Both the position numbers and the translations under genes were made by a program. The notes under the pieces were generated by a model. It was given only the letters and a program-made list of their open reading frames with translations. It did not search any database and was not told the DNA's origin. Shown in pieces: positions 27,316 to 38,658 of a DNA stretch of 64,000 nt; the stretch's first letter is position 1, and every line of letters starts with the position of its first letter. The stretch spans positions 66,327 to 130,326 of the forward strand of contig JACQGC010000013.1 in the NCBI GenBank assembly GCA_016199805.1. The letters run 5' to 3'. Source of the stretch: Candidatus Nomurabacteria bacterium (GTDB lineage: Bacteria > Patescibacteriota > Minisyncoccia > Phycocordibacterales > UBA9973).

Positions 27316-29130
27316 TTATCTCTTCGCTCTGGCCCGGTCAATTTCCGTTAAATATTTTTTGCGAAGCCGAACCGATTTCGGAGTGACTTCAAGATACTCA
27401 TCGTGATTCATGACCTCCAACCCCCTTTCAATACTCAAAGTAAAAATTGGGTTTAAGGTTATGGCTTCGTCCGTACCGGAAGCGCGCATGTTGGTAAGTT
27501 GTTTTCCTTTTGTGGGGTTCACTGCCATATCGTCCCCTTTCAAAACATTACCGACAACCATGCCTTCGTAAACTTCCGTACCATGACCTACATACAATAT
27601 ACCACGTTCTTGTAAATTTGCAAGTGAAAAGGCCACTGCCTTGCCGGCCACCATGGAAGTCATGGAACCATACTCACGCTTTTTGATAACTCCGGCATAC
27701 TCTCCAAAACCGGTAACTCTGGAAGACATTATGCCTTCCCCTTTGGTATCGATGATAAATTCTCCGCGATATCCCAAAAGTCCCCGGGTAGGTATATCGA
27801 AAACCACCCTTGCAATTCCTTCCTTTTCTACCATGTCTTTCATGATACCGCGTCTTTTTCCGATTTTCTCAATCACAGACCCGGAGAATTCCATCGGCAC
27901 ATCTATCACCAGTTCTTCGTAAGGCTCGGTTTTGATTCCGTCTTTTTCCTTAATGATAACTTCGGGCTGTGAGACCTGCATTTCAAATCCTTCGCGGCGC
28001 ATATTTTCGAGTAAAATGGCTATGTGCAATTCCCCACGTCCGTATACTTTGAAAAAAGATGGTCCTGATTTATCTACTCCTTGGTCCGGAGAAAAATCAA
28101 CTTTTAGTCCGACATTTATTTCGAGTTCTTTTTCCAACCTTTCTTTGATTTGCCTGGAAGTGACAAACTTCCCTTCCTTGCCGGCAAAAGGAGAATCGTT
28201 AACCAAAAAATTCAGCGACAATGTCGGCTCGTCTATGGCAATGTGTGGCAACGGCTCCACCGATTCATCTTCACATAATGTCTCCCCGATATAAATATCA
28301 GGAATTCCCGCCAAGAGCACAATGTCGCCAGAACTGGCTTCTTGTATTTCTTTTCTACTAATACCTTCAAACGAAAACAATTTCGTAATTTTTCCCTTAC
28401 GTGTTCCATCTTGACCTTCAATATTGCCTTTCACGAAAATCTGAGTGCCTGAATTCATTTTTCCGGAATAAATTCGTGCTACTGCCATTCTGCCCAAAAA
28501 ATTATCATAACCCAAGTTGAAGACTTGGGCGGACATTTTTTCATTTTCATTTTTGGAAGCCGGTAAAACTTTTTCCAAAATCAAATCTAGGAGAGGAGAA
28601 AGATCTGTGGAAGAGTCACCTAGGTGCCGGAAGGCCTTTCCTTCGCGCCCGATAGCATAAATAGTTTCAAAATTTGCCTGTTCTTCGTTGGCGCCCAATT
28701 CAAAAAATAAACCGAGGACTTCTTCGTGCACCCGGTGCGGGTCTGAAGCCGGCTTGTCTATCTTATTTATAACCACGATTGGCTTCAATCCCAATTCCAG
28801 AGATTTCTTTAAAACGAATCTAGTTTGCGGCATAGGCCCTTCTACGGCATCCACCAACAGAAGCACGGAATCGATGGCTCGCAAAACGCGTTCCACTTCG
28901 GAGCCAAAATCCGCGTGGCCGGGAGTGTCCACAATGTTTATTTTTGTATTTTTGTAAACGATTGAAGTATTTTTGGAATAAATAGTTATGCCGCGTTCCT
29001 TTTCCAGGTCGTTTGAATCCATGGATACTCCCTCGTCCTGCAATCCCCCATTTTGCTTCATTAAAGCATCGGTCAAGGTTGTCTTGCCGTGGTCCACGTG
29101 TGCTATTATCGCTATGTTTCTGATTTCCAT
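27316..29130 (-). CDS. typA: translational GTPase TypA/BipA
   Basis: [39 protein letters not shown]. Confidence 0.97.
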   Translation of the reverse strand: MEIRNIAIIAHVDHGKTTLTDALMKQNGGLQDEGVSMDSNDLEKERGITIYSKNTSIVYKNTKINIVDTPGHADFGSEVERVLRAIDSVLLLVDAVEGPMPQTRFVLKKSLELGLKPIVVINKIDKPASDPHRVHEEVLGLFFELGANEEQANFETIYAIGREGKAFRHLGDSSTDLSPLLDLILEKVLPASKNENEKMSAQVFNLGYDNFLGRMAVARIYSGKMNSGTQIFVKGNIEGQDGTRKGKITKLFSFEGISRKEIQEASSGDIVLLAGIPDIYIGETLCEDESVEPLPHIAIDEPTLSLNFLVNDSPFAGKEGKFVTSRQIKERLEKELEINVGLKVDFSPDQGVDKSGPSFFKVYGRGELHIAILLENMRREGFEMQVSQPEVIIKEKDGIKTEPYEELVIDVPMEFSGSVIEKIGKRRGIMKDMVEKEGIARVVFDIPTRGLLGYRGEFIIDTKGEGIMSSRVTGFGEYAGVIKKREYGSMTSMVAGKAVAFSLANLQERGILYVGHGTEVYEGMVVGNVLKGDDMAVNPTKGKQLTNMRASGTDEAITLNPIFTLSIERGLEVMNHDEYLEVTPKSVRLRKKYLTEIDRARAKR

Positions 29131-29205
29131 AAAAAAATGCCCAAAAGAGTTATGAGCTTGATTTTATAATAACATAGTTATTTGGAAACAACAAGCTTTT
29201 TGGCG

Positions 29206-31479
29206 CTAAGGCAGAGTAATATTGAAGAAATGTAAGATGAAAGGAATCTGTAAAACTGAACAGAGAAGACTAAATTGGAGTATTCCAAACAAAAAGAGCT
29301 GGTATTTTTCTTTTTTTGTCAGGATTCCGGAATACACCTTGGACGCAAGAATTAAAAACGCAAAACCGAACAATATAAATGAGAGCAAAATCAGAATATT
29401 GGAGGATGTGCTTTTAATATTCCACAGATACACCAACACTATTCCGATGGCCTCTACAATTGCCGAATAAAATACAAGAGGCATGACCCTATTTAAGAAC
29501 GGCTTTTCGTCCGTTCTCGGTATTTTGTGGGTAGGCCTTAGCGCCCAATAAGAGATAAGTAGAGTGGCGAAACCGACGGTAAAGTAATTTATAAAAGTAA
29601 TATTCAACGGAGTGAGCGGGTATGAATATCCAAAAAAGCTGATGATAATAAAAAACAGCAGTCCCACCAGACTCATGTTTACATAAATGCCGGAACTTAT
29701 TTCTATGCTGCGGATAAAATGGTCGGCCAATTCCACAGCCCCCGGTAAACTGGTAAAACTGTTGGTCATCAATATTACGTCGGCGAGCTGACGCGTCACT
29801 GGCGCGCCGTCAAACATGGCGACGCCAAGGTCCGCTTTTTTCATAGCTAGGGCATCGTTTACTCCGTCGCCCACCATAGCCGTAAAACCGTCTTTCCTAA
29901 ATGCTTCCACGAGTTTGACCTTGTGTTCCGGCAAAACTGGAGCAAAGATTGTGTAGTCGTGGGCCTTGGTATTAAAATCTTTTTCACTCCAATCTTTCAT
30001 ATCTTCCCCAGTTACAACACTTTCAGAACCAGCTATGCCAACACTTTTGGCCACCGCTTTTACCGTTTCATAATTATCTCCTGAAAGAACCCGTATTTTT
30101 ATTCCTCTGTCTTGGAAAAATTTTATCGCTTCGACTATGCCTTCACGCAAGGTATTACTGAATACAAACACGGCAACCACCGAAAGATGAGTTCCGTTTA
30201 AATCTTTTGGTAATCCTACCCCATTACTGCTAGCAATGCACAGTACCCGCTTGCCCAGTTTTGCATTTTCGTCAGAGATATTCTCTAGCCATTTTTTTTC
30301 TGCAACATTGGATACTCTCGGCGAAAAAATATCCGGGGCACCCACGAAGACAGACTGCAAAGTATTGCTTTCTTTTACTTCCACAGCTCCGTATCTTCGC
30401 CACGAGGAAAATGATAATCCTCTCTCGACTTTCAAGTTTTCAATATTTGGATTTGAATTATTATCTAAATATTTTTTTACAGCTAGAATAGTTTCTGATG
30501 TATCACTCAAACCATAAACACACATCTTGGTCAACAGAAAGGCTCTGTCCTTGCTAAAACCTTCTACTATATGCATATCCTCTACCACCAAAATGTTGTC
30601 CGTCAGTGTACCGGTTTTATCTATGCAAAGATTTTTTATTCTTCCAAGTTTTTCCGTCGCATTTATTTCCTGGAAAAGCACACTGCGCCTGGAATACGAA
30701 GCCGCGCCGATGGCAAAAAGCAGTGTAATGGCCACGACCAAACCTTGTGGCACTATCGTGCTGGCCAGGGCTCCGGCGTTCGTCACAATTTGGAGCCGTG
30801 GCGCATGAGTGAGAATTCCCCGCAAAATCACGAACAACAAAACCACGATTAAAATATAACTCGAATATTTTATAACTGTGTTGGTCGCGGTCTGAATAGA
30901 GCTCGGACTGGCCGCGTATTTTTTGGCTTCTCCGGCAATTTTAGCCATTCGGCTTTCACGAAAAAGTCCCTCTGCTTCCATCACACCATTACCAGAAGTG
31001 ACAATCGCCCCGGCAATGATTTCATCTCCTTCTTTTTTCCCAAATGAATCGGATTCTCCGGTGACCAGGGCTTCGGATATTTCCAGATTGTTTACGGAAA
31101 TCAGTTTACCTTCGCAAGGTGTCTGGTCTCCGAGTTTTAGTTTAATTAAATCTCCTTTCAATATTTTCTCGGCATATATTTTTGTTTCGGTATTGCCTGC
31201 CCCGTCCTGGCGTGGGTCTTTATTTATACGGGTCACCATGAGAGCCGTCAGCATCTGTAATCGCTCCAGGAGTACCCGTGCGTGGATGTCTTGCGCTGTT
31301 GTAATCAAAGTGTTCAACAAAAAAACAATACCCAAAAATAATGCAGCCTGGGTGCTGCCAAAAGCATAAAGTAAAATCACCACGACAAAAATAACCCCGT
31401 TCACCAAAAGAAAGAAGTTTCGAAAAATAATTGGCCCCAAAGAAGGCAAAACCCGACGGTATATTTCAAATTTCGGCAT
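29206..31479 (-). CDS. cation-transporting P-type ATPase (CtpE-like)
   Basis: TGESD, VPQGL, DKTGTLT, SGDN, MVGDGVND. Confidence 0.9.
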   Translation of the reverse strand: MPKFEIYRRVLPSLGPIIFRNFFLLVNGVIFVVVILLYAFGSTQAALFLGIVFLLNTLITTAQDIHARVLLERLQMLTALMVTRINKDPRQDGAGNTETKIYAEKILKGDLIKLKLGDQTPCEGKLISVNNLEISEALVTGESDSFGKKEGDEIIAGAIVTSGNGVMEAEGLFRESRMAKIAGEAKKYAASPSSIQTATNTVIKYSSYILIVVLLFVILRGILTHAPRLQIVTNAGALASTIVPQGLVVAITLLFAIGAASYSRRSVLFQEINATEKLGRIKNLCIDKTGTLTDNILVVEDMHIVEGFSKDRAFLLTKMCVYGLSDTSETILAVKKYLDNNSNPNIENLKVERGLSFSSWRRYGAVEVKESNTLQSVFVGAPDIFSPRVSNVAEKKWLENISDENAKLGKRVLCIASSNGVGLPKDLNGTHLSVVAVFVFSNTLREGIVEAIKFFQDRGIKIRVLSGDNYETVKAVAKSVGIAGSESVVTGEDMKDWSEKDFNTKAHDYTIFAPVLPEHKVKLVEAFRKDGFTAMVGDGVNDALAMKKADLGVAMFDGAPVTRQLADVILMTNSFTSLPGAVELADHFIRSIEISSGIYVNMSLVGLLFFIIISFFGYSYPLTPLNITFINYFTVGFATLLISYWALRPTHKIPRTDEKPFLNRVMPLVFYSAIVEAIGIVLVYLWNIKSTSSNILILLSFILFGFAFLILASKVYSGILTKKEKYQLFLFGILQFSLLCSVLQIPFILHFFNITLP

Positions 31480-31495
31480 AGCTTAGTATAGCAAT

Positions 31496-32902
31496 TTAAT
31501 CATTTAATTTAAATGGCGATTTAAAAAATCGGAAAATTCCTTTTAAAACAGAAGCTTCTATTTTCCCTTTTACGTTAACCTTATCGTATATATCCGGAAA
31601 AACTATTTCCGCATGATACTTTTTTCTCAATTCAGAATACCAAGACAAATCATATATTTTCCAAAACTCTTCGCGAGAATAATATGAGTGAGCATAAAGT
31701 GTTTTTCGTCCACCATATTGACCCAAAAGTGCCTCAAAATCTTTGTTGATTTTTATAAATTCTTCAAATTTGTGATTTACTTCTCCCCATACCCCTACGT
31801 TTATCACGAGACCAGTTTTAATAGCATTTGGAGATAATTTATCTTGTTTTCCGGGTTTTAGTGGACACAACCAGAGTGGGAAAATATGCCAACTATTGGA
31901 AGTAGATTTTATAAAATCTACTACTCGTTCCTCAGGTATACTAACGTCCTGAACCATAAAATATTGAGAAATTTTCATTGAATGAAGAAAACCGTAAAGT
32001 TCTTTTGCTTTTAAAATATTGTTAAAGATAAAACGTGTTAATTTAATAGAAGGCATTTTCAGCCAACCAAGTGCAACCCCCCCCATCCAGAAAGCCCCTC
32101 GGTCGTAACGAAAAAGATAATCTTTAATTGGAATCAACTCCTCATGTACCGAATTATTTTTAATCTTTTCTTTTGCGTGTAGATAAAACCAGTCGTCCCA
32201 AGCGCCAAGAAATTTTGAAACGGGAAGATTTTCTTCATCCGACAATTTACCTACCATAACAACACCGAAATTTTCGGAATACATTATTGAGTCAAGATAT
32301 TGAACATTACCGTCAGTTGAACATTTTTTTATTAAATCTATCGCCTCATCAAAATTATGGACAGAATTATATCTAAAGTGAACAAATTTTTTTGCTGGAA
32401 TAAGTTTAAATTTAATTGATGTAATAACCCCCAAGGAACCATAAGAACCAGCTGTCCCATAAAAAAGATCTGGGTTCTCATTTGGCGATGCTTTAAATAT
32501 TTCACCATTACCCAGAATGATTTCATATTCTATGCAGATATTGTGAAAAAGCCCCCATTTGAATGAACTACTTTCACCCGCCCCACCTTGAATTCCTCCA
32601 CCAACGGTTATTTCTGGAAACTCCATCACAACAGGTGGAATAAGATTATATTTTAAAGTTGCCTCAACAAGTTTCGCCATTCTTACGTTCGGCTCAACTA
32701 ACGCATATTGCTCATTAACGTTAATTTCTAAAACATTATTTAATTTACTAACATCAACAACCTCACCTTTTTTAAAATCAAAAGGACGAGTAGAATTTGT
32801 GCCACCGTGATATATTCTTGCTGGTTTCTTGGCTAAATAAAAAGCTTTTACTTGTTCTCTAACTTCTTCTACTAATATGTTGTGTTTTTCTAAGTCTGAC
32901 AT
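31496..32902 (-). CDS. FAD-binding oxidoreductase, Delta24-sterol reductase (DHCR24/DIM)-like
   Basis: VEPNV, PPVVMEFPEITVGGGIQGGAGESSSFKWG, GSYGSLG, YLFRYDRGAFW, PLWLCP, KTLYAHSYY. Confidence 0.8.
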   Translation of the reverse strand: MSDLEKHNILVEEVREQVKAFYLAKKPARIYHGGTNSTRPFDFKKGEVVDVSKLNNVLEINVNEQYALVEPNVRMAKLVEATLKYNLIPPVVMEFPEITVGGGIQGGAGESSSFKWGLFHNICIEYEIILGNGEIFKASPNENPDLFYGTAGSYGSLGVITSIKFKLIPAKKFVHFRYNSVHNFDEAIDLIKKCSTDGNVQYLDSIMYSENFGVVMVGKLSDEENLPVSKFLGAWDDWFYLHAKEKIKNNSVHEELIPIKDYLFRYDRGAFWMGGVALGWLKMPSIKLTRFIFNNILKAKELYGFLHSMKISQYFMVQDVSIPEERVVDFIKSTSNSWHIFPLWLCPLKPGKQDKLSPNAIKTGLVINVGVWGEVNHKFEEFIKINKDFEALLGQYGGRKTLYAHSYYSREEFWKIYDLSWYSELRKKYHAEIVFPDIYDKVNVKGKIEASVLKGIFRFFKSPFKLND

Positions 32903-32906
32903 TTTG

Positions 32907-32988
32907 TGCGCCGGGTTGGACTCGAACCAACGATGCCCGAAGGCCGGGGATTTACAGTCCCCTGGAATAGCCGCTATCCGACCGGCGC
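32907..32988 (-). tRNA. tRNA-Tyr(GTA)
   Basis: GCGCCGG acceptor, GGGGA-CTGTAAA-TCCCC anticodon arm, long variable arm, GGTTCGAGTCC T-arm; CCA not encoded. Confidence 0.95.
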
Positions 32989-33030
32989 ATACAAAAAACT
33001 ATACACTTTTTTGTATATTTTTACAAATTA

Positions 33031-33309
33031 TTATATTTTTGCTTCGAGTTTTCCTATCCGTATATCTAGATTATCAATTCTCCTATCACAGGATAAACCA
33101 TCACTATTTAAACTAGAAATGCTTTGCCTGAAATACTTGTTTTCTTCATGCATCTGCTGAAGTTCTTTGAGAATATGGCCCATTACTTTTTCGTGTCGCT
33201 CAAAGGATTTTGCGATATTTGCCATATTTGTCTCAAAAGAACTTTCAAACTTTTTGAATCTCTCTTCCGTCACGTATTTTTCAGCTGTTTTTTTAACGAC
33301 TTTTTTCAT
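33031..33309 (-). CDS. small coiled-coil hypothetical protein
   Basis: 92 aa with heptad pattern; TATAAT 6 nt before the ATG. Confidence 0.65.
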   Translation of the reverse strand: MKKVVKKTAEKYVTEERFKKFESSFETNMANIAKSFERHEKVMGHILKELQQMHEENKYFRQSISSLNSDGLSCDRRIDNLDIRIGKLEAKI

Positions 33310-33345
33310 ATTTTCATTATACCAAATCTAAAAATAAAGCAAACT

Positions 33346-36012
33346 TTACGCTATTGATTTAGCTCGCACATGGATTGAGCTCTTCACTTTTCCTTTCTTG
33401 GCTTCAATCAGGAGCTCATTGCTTTTTACTGATACGGCTACCATATCTCCTTTTTTAACTCCATTTGAAATGATGAATGATGCTACGGGGTTTAATATTT
33501 TGTTTTGTATCAAGCGATTGATTGGGCGCGCTCCATAATGCGGGTCGTAGCCCTCCTTGGCCAAGTAGGCCAGAGCTTCTTTGGAAATTTCAAACTCAAT
33601 TCCCTTGCCGGAGAGCCTATCTACCACAACTTTTATTCTAAGCTTTACTATCTCGGCAATAGCTTCCGGTGAAAGCACATCAAAAACAATAGTTTCATCT
33701 AAGCGGTTCAAAAATTCCGGACGGAAATTGTCTTTCAACGCTTCCATTACTTTTTCTTTCATATTGCCATAATCGGCTTTCGGAGAATTATTGGAAAAGC
33801 CTATGGATTCCATTTTTTCCACAAACTGCGAGCCGATATTGCTGGTCAGTACAATGATGGTGTTTTTGAAATTCACCACTCTACCCTTGCCGTCGGTCAA
33901 CCGGCCTTCATCAATCACAGACAAAAGTATATTAAAAACTTCCGGATGGGCTTTTTCAATCTCGTCAAAAAGCACCACAGCATATGGCCTGTGGCGGACG
34001 GCTTCGGTCAATTGGCCCGCTTCGTCGTAACCCACATATCCCGGCGGAGAACCTACAAGTTTGGATACGGAATGGCGTTCCATGTATTCGGACATATCCA
34101 CGCGAATAATGGCATTGTCGTCGTTGAACATAAACTCCGAGAGCGCTTTGGTGAGCTCAGTCTTACCGACTCCGGTCGGACCCAAAAAGATAAATGAACC
34201 GATTGGGCGGTTTGGGTCTCCGATACCCGCACGTGAACGGCGGATGACATCTGAGACGCGTTTAATGGCCTCTTCTTGACCCACAACTCTTTTCTCCAAT
34301 TCGGACTCCATTTTTTCAAGCTTGGCGCGCTCTTCTTCGAGCATTTTGGTCAGCGGTATACCTGTCCAGCGCGCCACCACCTCGGCTATGTCTTCAGCGT
34401 TGATTTCTTCTTTCAGAATTCGGCGGGATTTTTGAAGTTTCTTCAGCTTGGTAAGCTTTACCTCAAGATCTTTTTTGAGAGTTGGAATTTTGCCGTAGCG
34501 TATTTCGGCCGCACGCGCGAGGTCAGCCCGCATTTCGGCATCTTCCGCTTCCAGACGGATACCTTCAAGCTCTTTTTTAACAGCACGAATTTCCATCACG
34601 GTTTCTTTTTCGTTTTTCCATTTTAACTCGAGCTCTTTTGTTTTTTCCGATAAATTTCCTATTTCTTTGTCTATTTCTTTAATTCTGCTTTTTATTTCAC
34701 TGGTAGAAATTTCTTTTTTCAAAGCTTCTTTCTCTATCTCTAGGCGCATTATTTTTCGGTGCGCATCCTCCAAGACCGGTGGCTTATTTTCAAGCATTAT
34801 TTTGAGTGACGAAGAAGCTTCGTCGATGAGATCCACCGCCTTGTCCGGCAAAAATCTGTTGGTGATATATCTGGAAGAAAGGTTGACTGCCGAAATTATT
34901 GCGTCATCAGTAATACGGATACCATGGAAAAGCTCGTATTTTTCTTTCAGCCCGCGAAGAATGGCAACAGTATCTTCAATACTCGGCTCGTCTATGTAGA
35001 CGGGCTGAAAACGCCTAGCTAAAGCAGGGTCTTTCTCTATATGTTTTTGATATTCCCGCAATGTTGTCGCGCCAATGGCCCGCAGTTCTCCGCGGGACAA
35101 TGCCGGCTTGAGCATGTTTGAAGCATCCATCGTGCCCTCTGCGCCTCCGGCGCCGACGATGGTGTGAATCTCGTCAATAAAAAGAATTATCTTGCCGTCA
35201 GACCTTTCAATTTCTTTCATTATACCCTTTAGTCTTTCTTCAAATTCTCCGCGATATTTTGTGCCGGCTACCAAGAGCCCCAAATCGAGCGAGACGATTT
35301 CTTTTTCTTTCAGAGATTCCGGCACATTGTTCTTGGCAATCATTTGCGCCAAGCCCTCTACTACGGCTGTCTTACCGGTACCCGCCTCGCCTATCAAAAT
35401 CGGATTGTTTTTGGTCCTACGCGAAAGTATCTGCATGATGCGAGTTATCTCGCCATCGCGGCCTATCACTGGGTCGAGCTTGTCTTCGTGGGCGAGCTTC
35501 GTCAAATTGCGGGTATATTTTAAAATCAATTTGTATTTTTTGGGTTCAGAGACATCGGTAATATTTTGACTGCGGAGTTCTTCCAGCACTTTCATCACTT
35601 GATCTTTGTGAATTCTAAACCGCGCCAAAGTCTCCCGCGCCTCGCTCCCAACCTCCAAAATAGCGACAAAGAGATGCTCTGTCGAAACAAAATCATCTTT
35701 CATGTATTCCGCGAGTTTAGCCGACTGTTCTATGACTTGCGCCAAATCCGGGTTCAAATAAATCTGATATGAAGGCGAAATGGTGTTGCGGGTTTCGGGC
35801 TGCTCAATCAATTCCAAAACGGAATCAGTCAGAAGCATGGTGTCGATTTCCAGTTTATCCAAAATGGAATTCACCATTGATTCATCTTGCAAGAGCAGTG
35901 CCGCAAGCAAGTGCAGTGCGGAAACATGATTTACCCCACGCTCAATAGCCAGCTCGTGGGCTTTTTTGATGGCATCTTTGGCTTTAGTTGTAAATTTATT
36001 TAATGGTGGCAT
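33346..36012 (-). CDS. clpB: ATP-dependent chaperone ClpB
   Basis: [16 protein letters not shown], long M-domain, [21 protein letters not shown]. Confidence 0.95.
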   Translation of the reverse strand: MPPLNKFTTKAKDAIKKAHELAIERGVNHVSALHLLAALLLQDESMVNSILDKLEIDTMLLTDSVLELIEQPETRNTISPSYQIYLNPDLAQVIEQSAKLAEYMKDDFVSTEHLFVAILEVGSEARETLARFRIHKDQVMKVLEELRSQNITDVSEPKKYKLILKYTRNLTKLAHEDKLDPVIGRDGEITRIMQILSRRTKNNPILIGEAGTGKTAVVEGLAQMIAKNNVPESLKEKEIVSLDLGLLVAGTKYRGEFEERLKGIMKEIERSDGKIILFIDEIHTIVGAGGAEGTMDASNMLKPALSRGELRAIGATTLREYQKHIEKDPALARRFQPVYIDEPSIEDTVAILRGLKEKYELFHGIRITDDAIISAVNLSSRYITNRFLPDKAVDLIDEASSSLKIMLENKPPVLEDAHRKIMRLEIEKEALKKEISTSEIKSRIKEIDKEIGNLSEKTKELELKWKNEKETVMEIRAVKKELEGIRLEAEDAEMRADLARAAEIRYGKIPTLKKDLEVKLTKLKKLQKSRRILKEEINAEDIAEVVARWTGIPLTKMLEEERAKLEKMESELEKRVVGQEEAIKRVSDVIRRSRAGIGDPNRPIGSFIFLGPTGVGKTELTKALSEFMFNDDNAIIRVDMSEYMERHSVSKLVGSPPGYVGYDEAGQLTEAVRHRPYAVVLFDEIEKAHPEVFNILLSVIDEGRLTDGKGRVVNFKNTIIVLTSNIGSQFVEKMESIGFSNNSPKADYGNMKEKVMEALKDNFRPEFLNRLDETIVFDVLSPEAIAEIVKLRIKVVVDRLSGKGIEFEISKEALAYLAKEGYDPHYGARPINRLIQNKILNPVASFIISNGVKKGDMVAVSVKSNELLIEAKKGKVKSSIHVRAKSIA

Positions 36013-36108
36013 GATGTTTTAGTTAAAAGTTATAAAGTTTTTAAAGTTATAAATAATCTTACTTTACGAACTTTCTACTCTTGTTATTATACACTATGTG
36101 TCAAGAGG

Positions 36109-36891
36109 TTATTGAGCTTTGGCTGACGGAACAGTAGATGCTGCTAGAGCATCAGTGATAGATTTGATTGAAGCAAAAGAAGTAGTATCAAGAGAGAGTG
36201 CTATACCAAGAGCTTCCCCATCCAGATTGAGCACCAAGCCACCGGCACTGGATTTGGAAACATTCAGGTCTAAGCTTTTATTTGCGTTTAATCCTTCAAA
36301 AATAGAAGAGGACACAGAACTTCCTATAAGTATAATTTGCTGACCTATTTTCATTTTACTCAAATCTCCGAAAGCTGGCACTGTAAACACCACCTTATCT
36401 GTGCCGTTTACCGGAGCGCCTATCTTGAGGAGAGAAAATCCGTTCTTGTCGGTGGAAATAAAATCCGCTTTGAATTTCCCGCTGTCGTTTTTTATATAGT
36501 AAACTTCTTTGTCCGGCACCAATGCCGCATCGGAAACAACTACACCATCAGTAGAAATTGCAAAACCTCGTCCGGCGGAAACTTCAATTGTTTTAAAAGC
36601 CGCATCCTGAGTTTCTTTGGTTATGGAAAATACTGCTGTGGAATTTTTCGCGATGGCATCCACCACCAAATCTTCCTCTTTCACCACCACTGTCTGCGTG
36701 ACTGTCTTACCTTCCACTTGCTGAATTTTTTCAATCGTTTGTTGCACGACTCTATTCACTGGTGTAGTAAAAGAAGTCGGCGCTTGTTGCATCAGAGTCA
36801 CAGTGGTGATACCCGTCGCGATAGAAGTGACAAACGAAAGAAGTATAGCCAGCAGTATTAATTGGGTTTTGTTTAATTCCTTAATATCCAT
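36109..36891 (-). CDS. membrane-anchored trypsin/HtrA-like protein with degenerate catalytic motifs
   Basis: GRGFAISTDGVVVSDAALV, GDLSKMKIGQ, AGGLVLNLDGEALGI; His and GNSGG motifs absent. Confidence 0.7.
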   Translation of the reverse strand: MDIKELNKTQLILLAILLSFVTSIATGITTVTLMQQAPTSFTTPVNRVVQQTIEKIQQVEGKTVTQTVVVKEEDLVVDAIAKNSTAVFSITKETQDAAFKTIEVSAGRGFAISTDGVVVSDAALVPDKEVYYIKNDSGKFKADFISTDKNGFSLLKIGAPVNGTDKVVFTVPAFGDLSKMKIGQQIILIGSSVSSSIFEGLNANKSLDLNVSKSSAGGLVLNLDGEALGIALSLDTTSFASIKSITDALAASTVPSAKAQ

Positions 36892-36893
36892 AT

Positions 36894-38042
36894 TTATACA
36901 TTGTACCATTTTTTTAGTTTTTGCAAAATTTCGGATAGTGACTTAACTGTATAGTCAATATCGCTCTTTTTTGTATCTCTGCCCAAAGAGAAACGTATCC
37001 CACCAATGTTTCTGTTTGGCTTTTTGCAAATTGCTTTTATCACATACGAACCTCCCGCTTCCCCGCTTTTACAGGCAGACTTGGATGACGTCATGATACC
37101 TTTTGCTGAAAGTTCTACCACAATCAAGTCACTTGGAATTTTTGGGAAGGTAACATTTACATTATTCGGCAACCTGTTTTCCAAATCGCCGTTTATTGTC
37201 ATTCCAAAATTCGTTAGAATGTTAGAATGAGACAATTGGTCTAAAAAATAATTACGTAAAGTGGTTAATCTTTTTACTTCCTTTTCTTTTAGGTCTTGCG
37301 CCATTTTTAATGCTTGCGCGAATTTTACAATTTCCGGCAAATTTTCGGTTCCGGGACGCAAACCCATTTCCTGGTCTCCCCCGCCGAAAACATTTGCCAA
37401 CTGCACCGACGCTCTTTTGTGAAGCACGCCAACCCTCCCTGCGCCTTCAATCTTTGCTCCAGAGAGCGAGAGCAAATCTACACCAAGCCTTTCCACGTTT
37501 AAATCCAAATAACTCACAGCCTGTGTAGCATCGGTGTGGAAAAAAACTTTATTGGAATTTGTTTTATTATAAAATCTCACAACTTTACTGATTTCTTTTA
37601 TAGGTTGAATAGTTCCGATTTCGTTATTGGCATACATCACCGAAATGAGCACGGTATTTTTTCTGATTTCTTTTTTAATTTTTTTAGGATTCACTATTCC
37701 ATTAGTCTCTACAGGTATAATCGAAATTTCCGCGAATTTTCTTTTCTCTAAAAGTTTAAAGGTTTCTAATACTGACGGATGCTCTATATTGGTGGTAATA
37801 ATATGTGGAAGAAAATTTCTATCCGTTACCGCAAAAACTACCCCCTGTATTGCCAAGTTGTTACTTTCGGTGGCGCCACTGGTAAAAATTATTTCAGAAG
37901 TACGCGCACCCAAAACCCTTGCAACTATTTTTCGTGCTTCTTCCAGTTTCTTTTTCGCGTTTATTCCAGACACATGAATAGAGCTGGGGTTTGGCAAAGC
38001 TGAAGCCGCGTAGTCTAGATAAATTTCTTTTTTACTAACCAT
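36894..38042 (-). CDS. iscS: cysteine desulfurase (IscS/NifS family)
   Basis: IYLDYA, FTSGATESNN, EHPSV, NNEIGTIQP, HTDATQA, RPGTEN, KSAC, IRFSLG. Confidence 0.9.
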   Translation of the reverse strand: MVSKKEIYLDYAASALPNPSSIHVSGINAKKKLEEARKIVARVLGARTSEIIFTSGATESNNLAIQGVVFAVTDRNFLPHIITTNIEHPSVLETFKLLEKRKFAEISIIPVETNGIVNPKKIKKEIRKNTVLISVMYANNEIGTIQPIKEISKVVRFYNKTNSNKVFFHTDATQAVSYLDLNVERLGVDLLSLSGAKIEGAGRVGVLHKRASVQLANVFGGGDQEMGLRPGTENLPEIVKFAQALKMAQDLKEKEVKRLTTLRNYFLDQLSHSNILTNFGMTINGDLENRLPNNVNVTFPKIPSDLIVVELSAKGIMTSSKSACKSGEAGGSYVIKAICKKPNRNIGGIRFSLGRDTKKSDIDYTVKSLSEILQKLKKWYNV

Positions 38043-38144
38043 GAAAATAGTATACCCAGTTAGTAGATTTTAGCAATGTAATTTTGAAAAATTACGCGCT
38101 TCACGCCTTGCTAAAACTCACTACTGGGTATATATTAAAAATAT

Positions 38145-38624
38145 ATGAACACAAAGCTCGATGGTACTTTTGGGTTGATTTTTTTTATCTTGAACGGAAT
38201 TACCATATTCCTAGTTTTTTTGGGCATCGTCTGGGTTATCATTACCGAAAAACGCTTAAAAAGATTTTTCTTGGGTAAAAAAGCAAAGGACCTGGAAGAC
38301 ACTATCGTTGTGTTGGAAAACAATATTACAAAATTGTGCAAAGCCAGAGACAACACCGAAAAGGAAGTAGCTTTGATAAATTGCAAACTCAAGAAAAGCA
38401 TTCGTGGACTTGAAACGATACGCTTCAATCCGTTTCCGGACCAAGGCAGTAATCAGAGTTTTGCTATTGGCATGCTAAACGAAGAAGGTGACGGCTTGGT
38501 AATCTCCAGCCTGTATTCGAGGGAGAGAATGAGCATCTTTGCCAAACCGGTGAAAAATGGAAAATCTGAATATGAGCTTTCGGACGAAGAAAGAAGGGCT
38601 TTGGATAAAGCAGAAGTGAAGTAA
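38145..38624 (+). CDS. DUF4446-like membrane protein
   Basis: N-terminal TM, RFNPFPDQGSNQSFAI, GDGLVISSLYSRE, AKPV..GKS.YELS.EE. Confidence 0.8.
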   Translation: MNTKLDGTFGLIFFILNGITIFLVFLGIVWVIITEKRLKRFFLGKKAKDLEDTIVVLENNITKLCKARDNTEKEVALINCKLKKSIRGLETIRFNPFPDQGSNQSFAIGMLNEEGDGLVISSLYSRERMSIFAKPVKNGKSEYELSDEERRALDKAEVK

Positions 38625-38658
38625 GTTACAAAGTAGAAAGTTATAAAGTTAAACAAAA

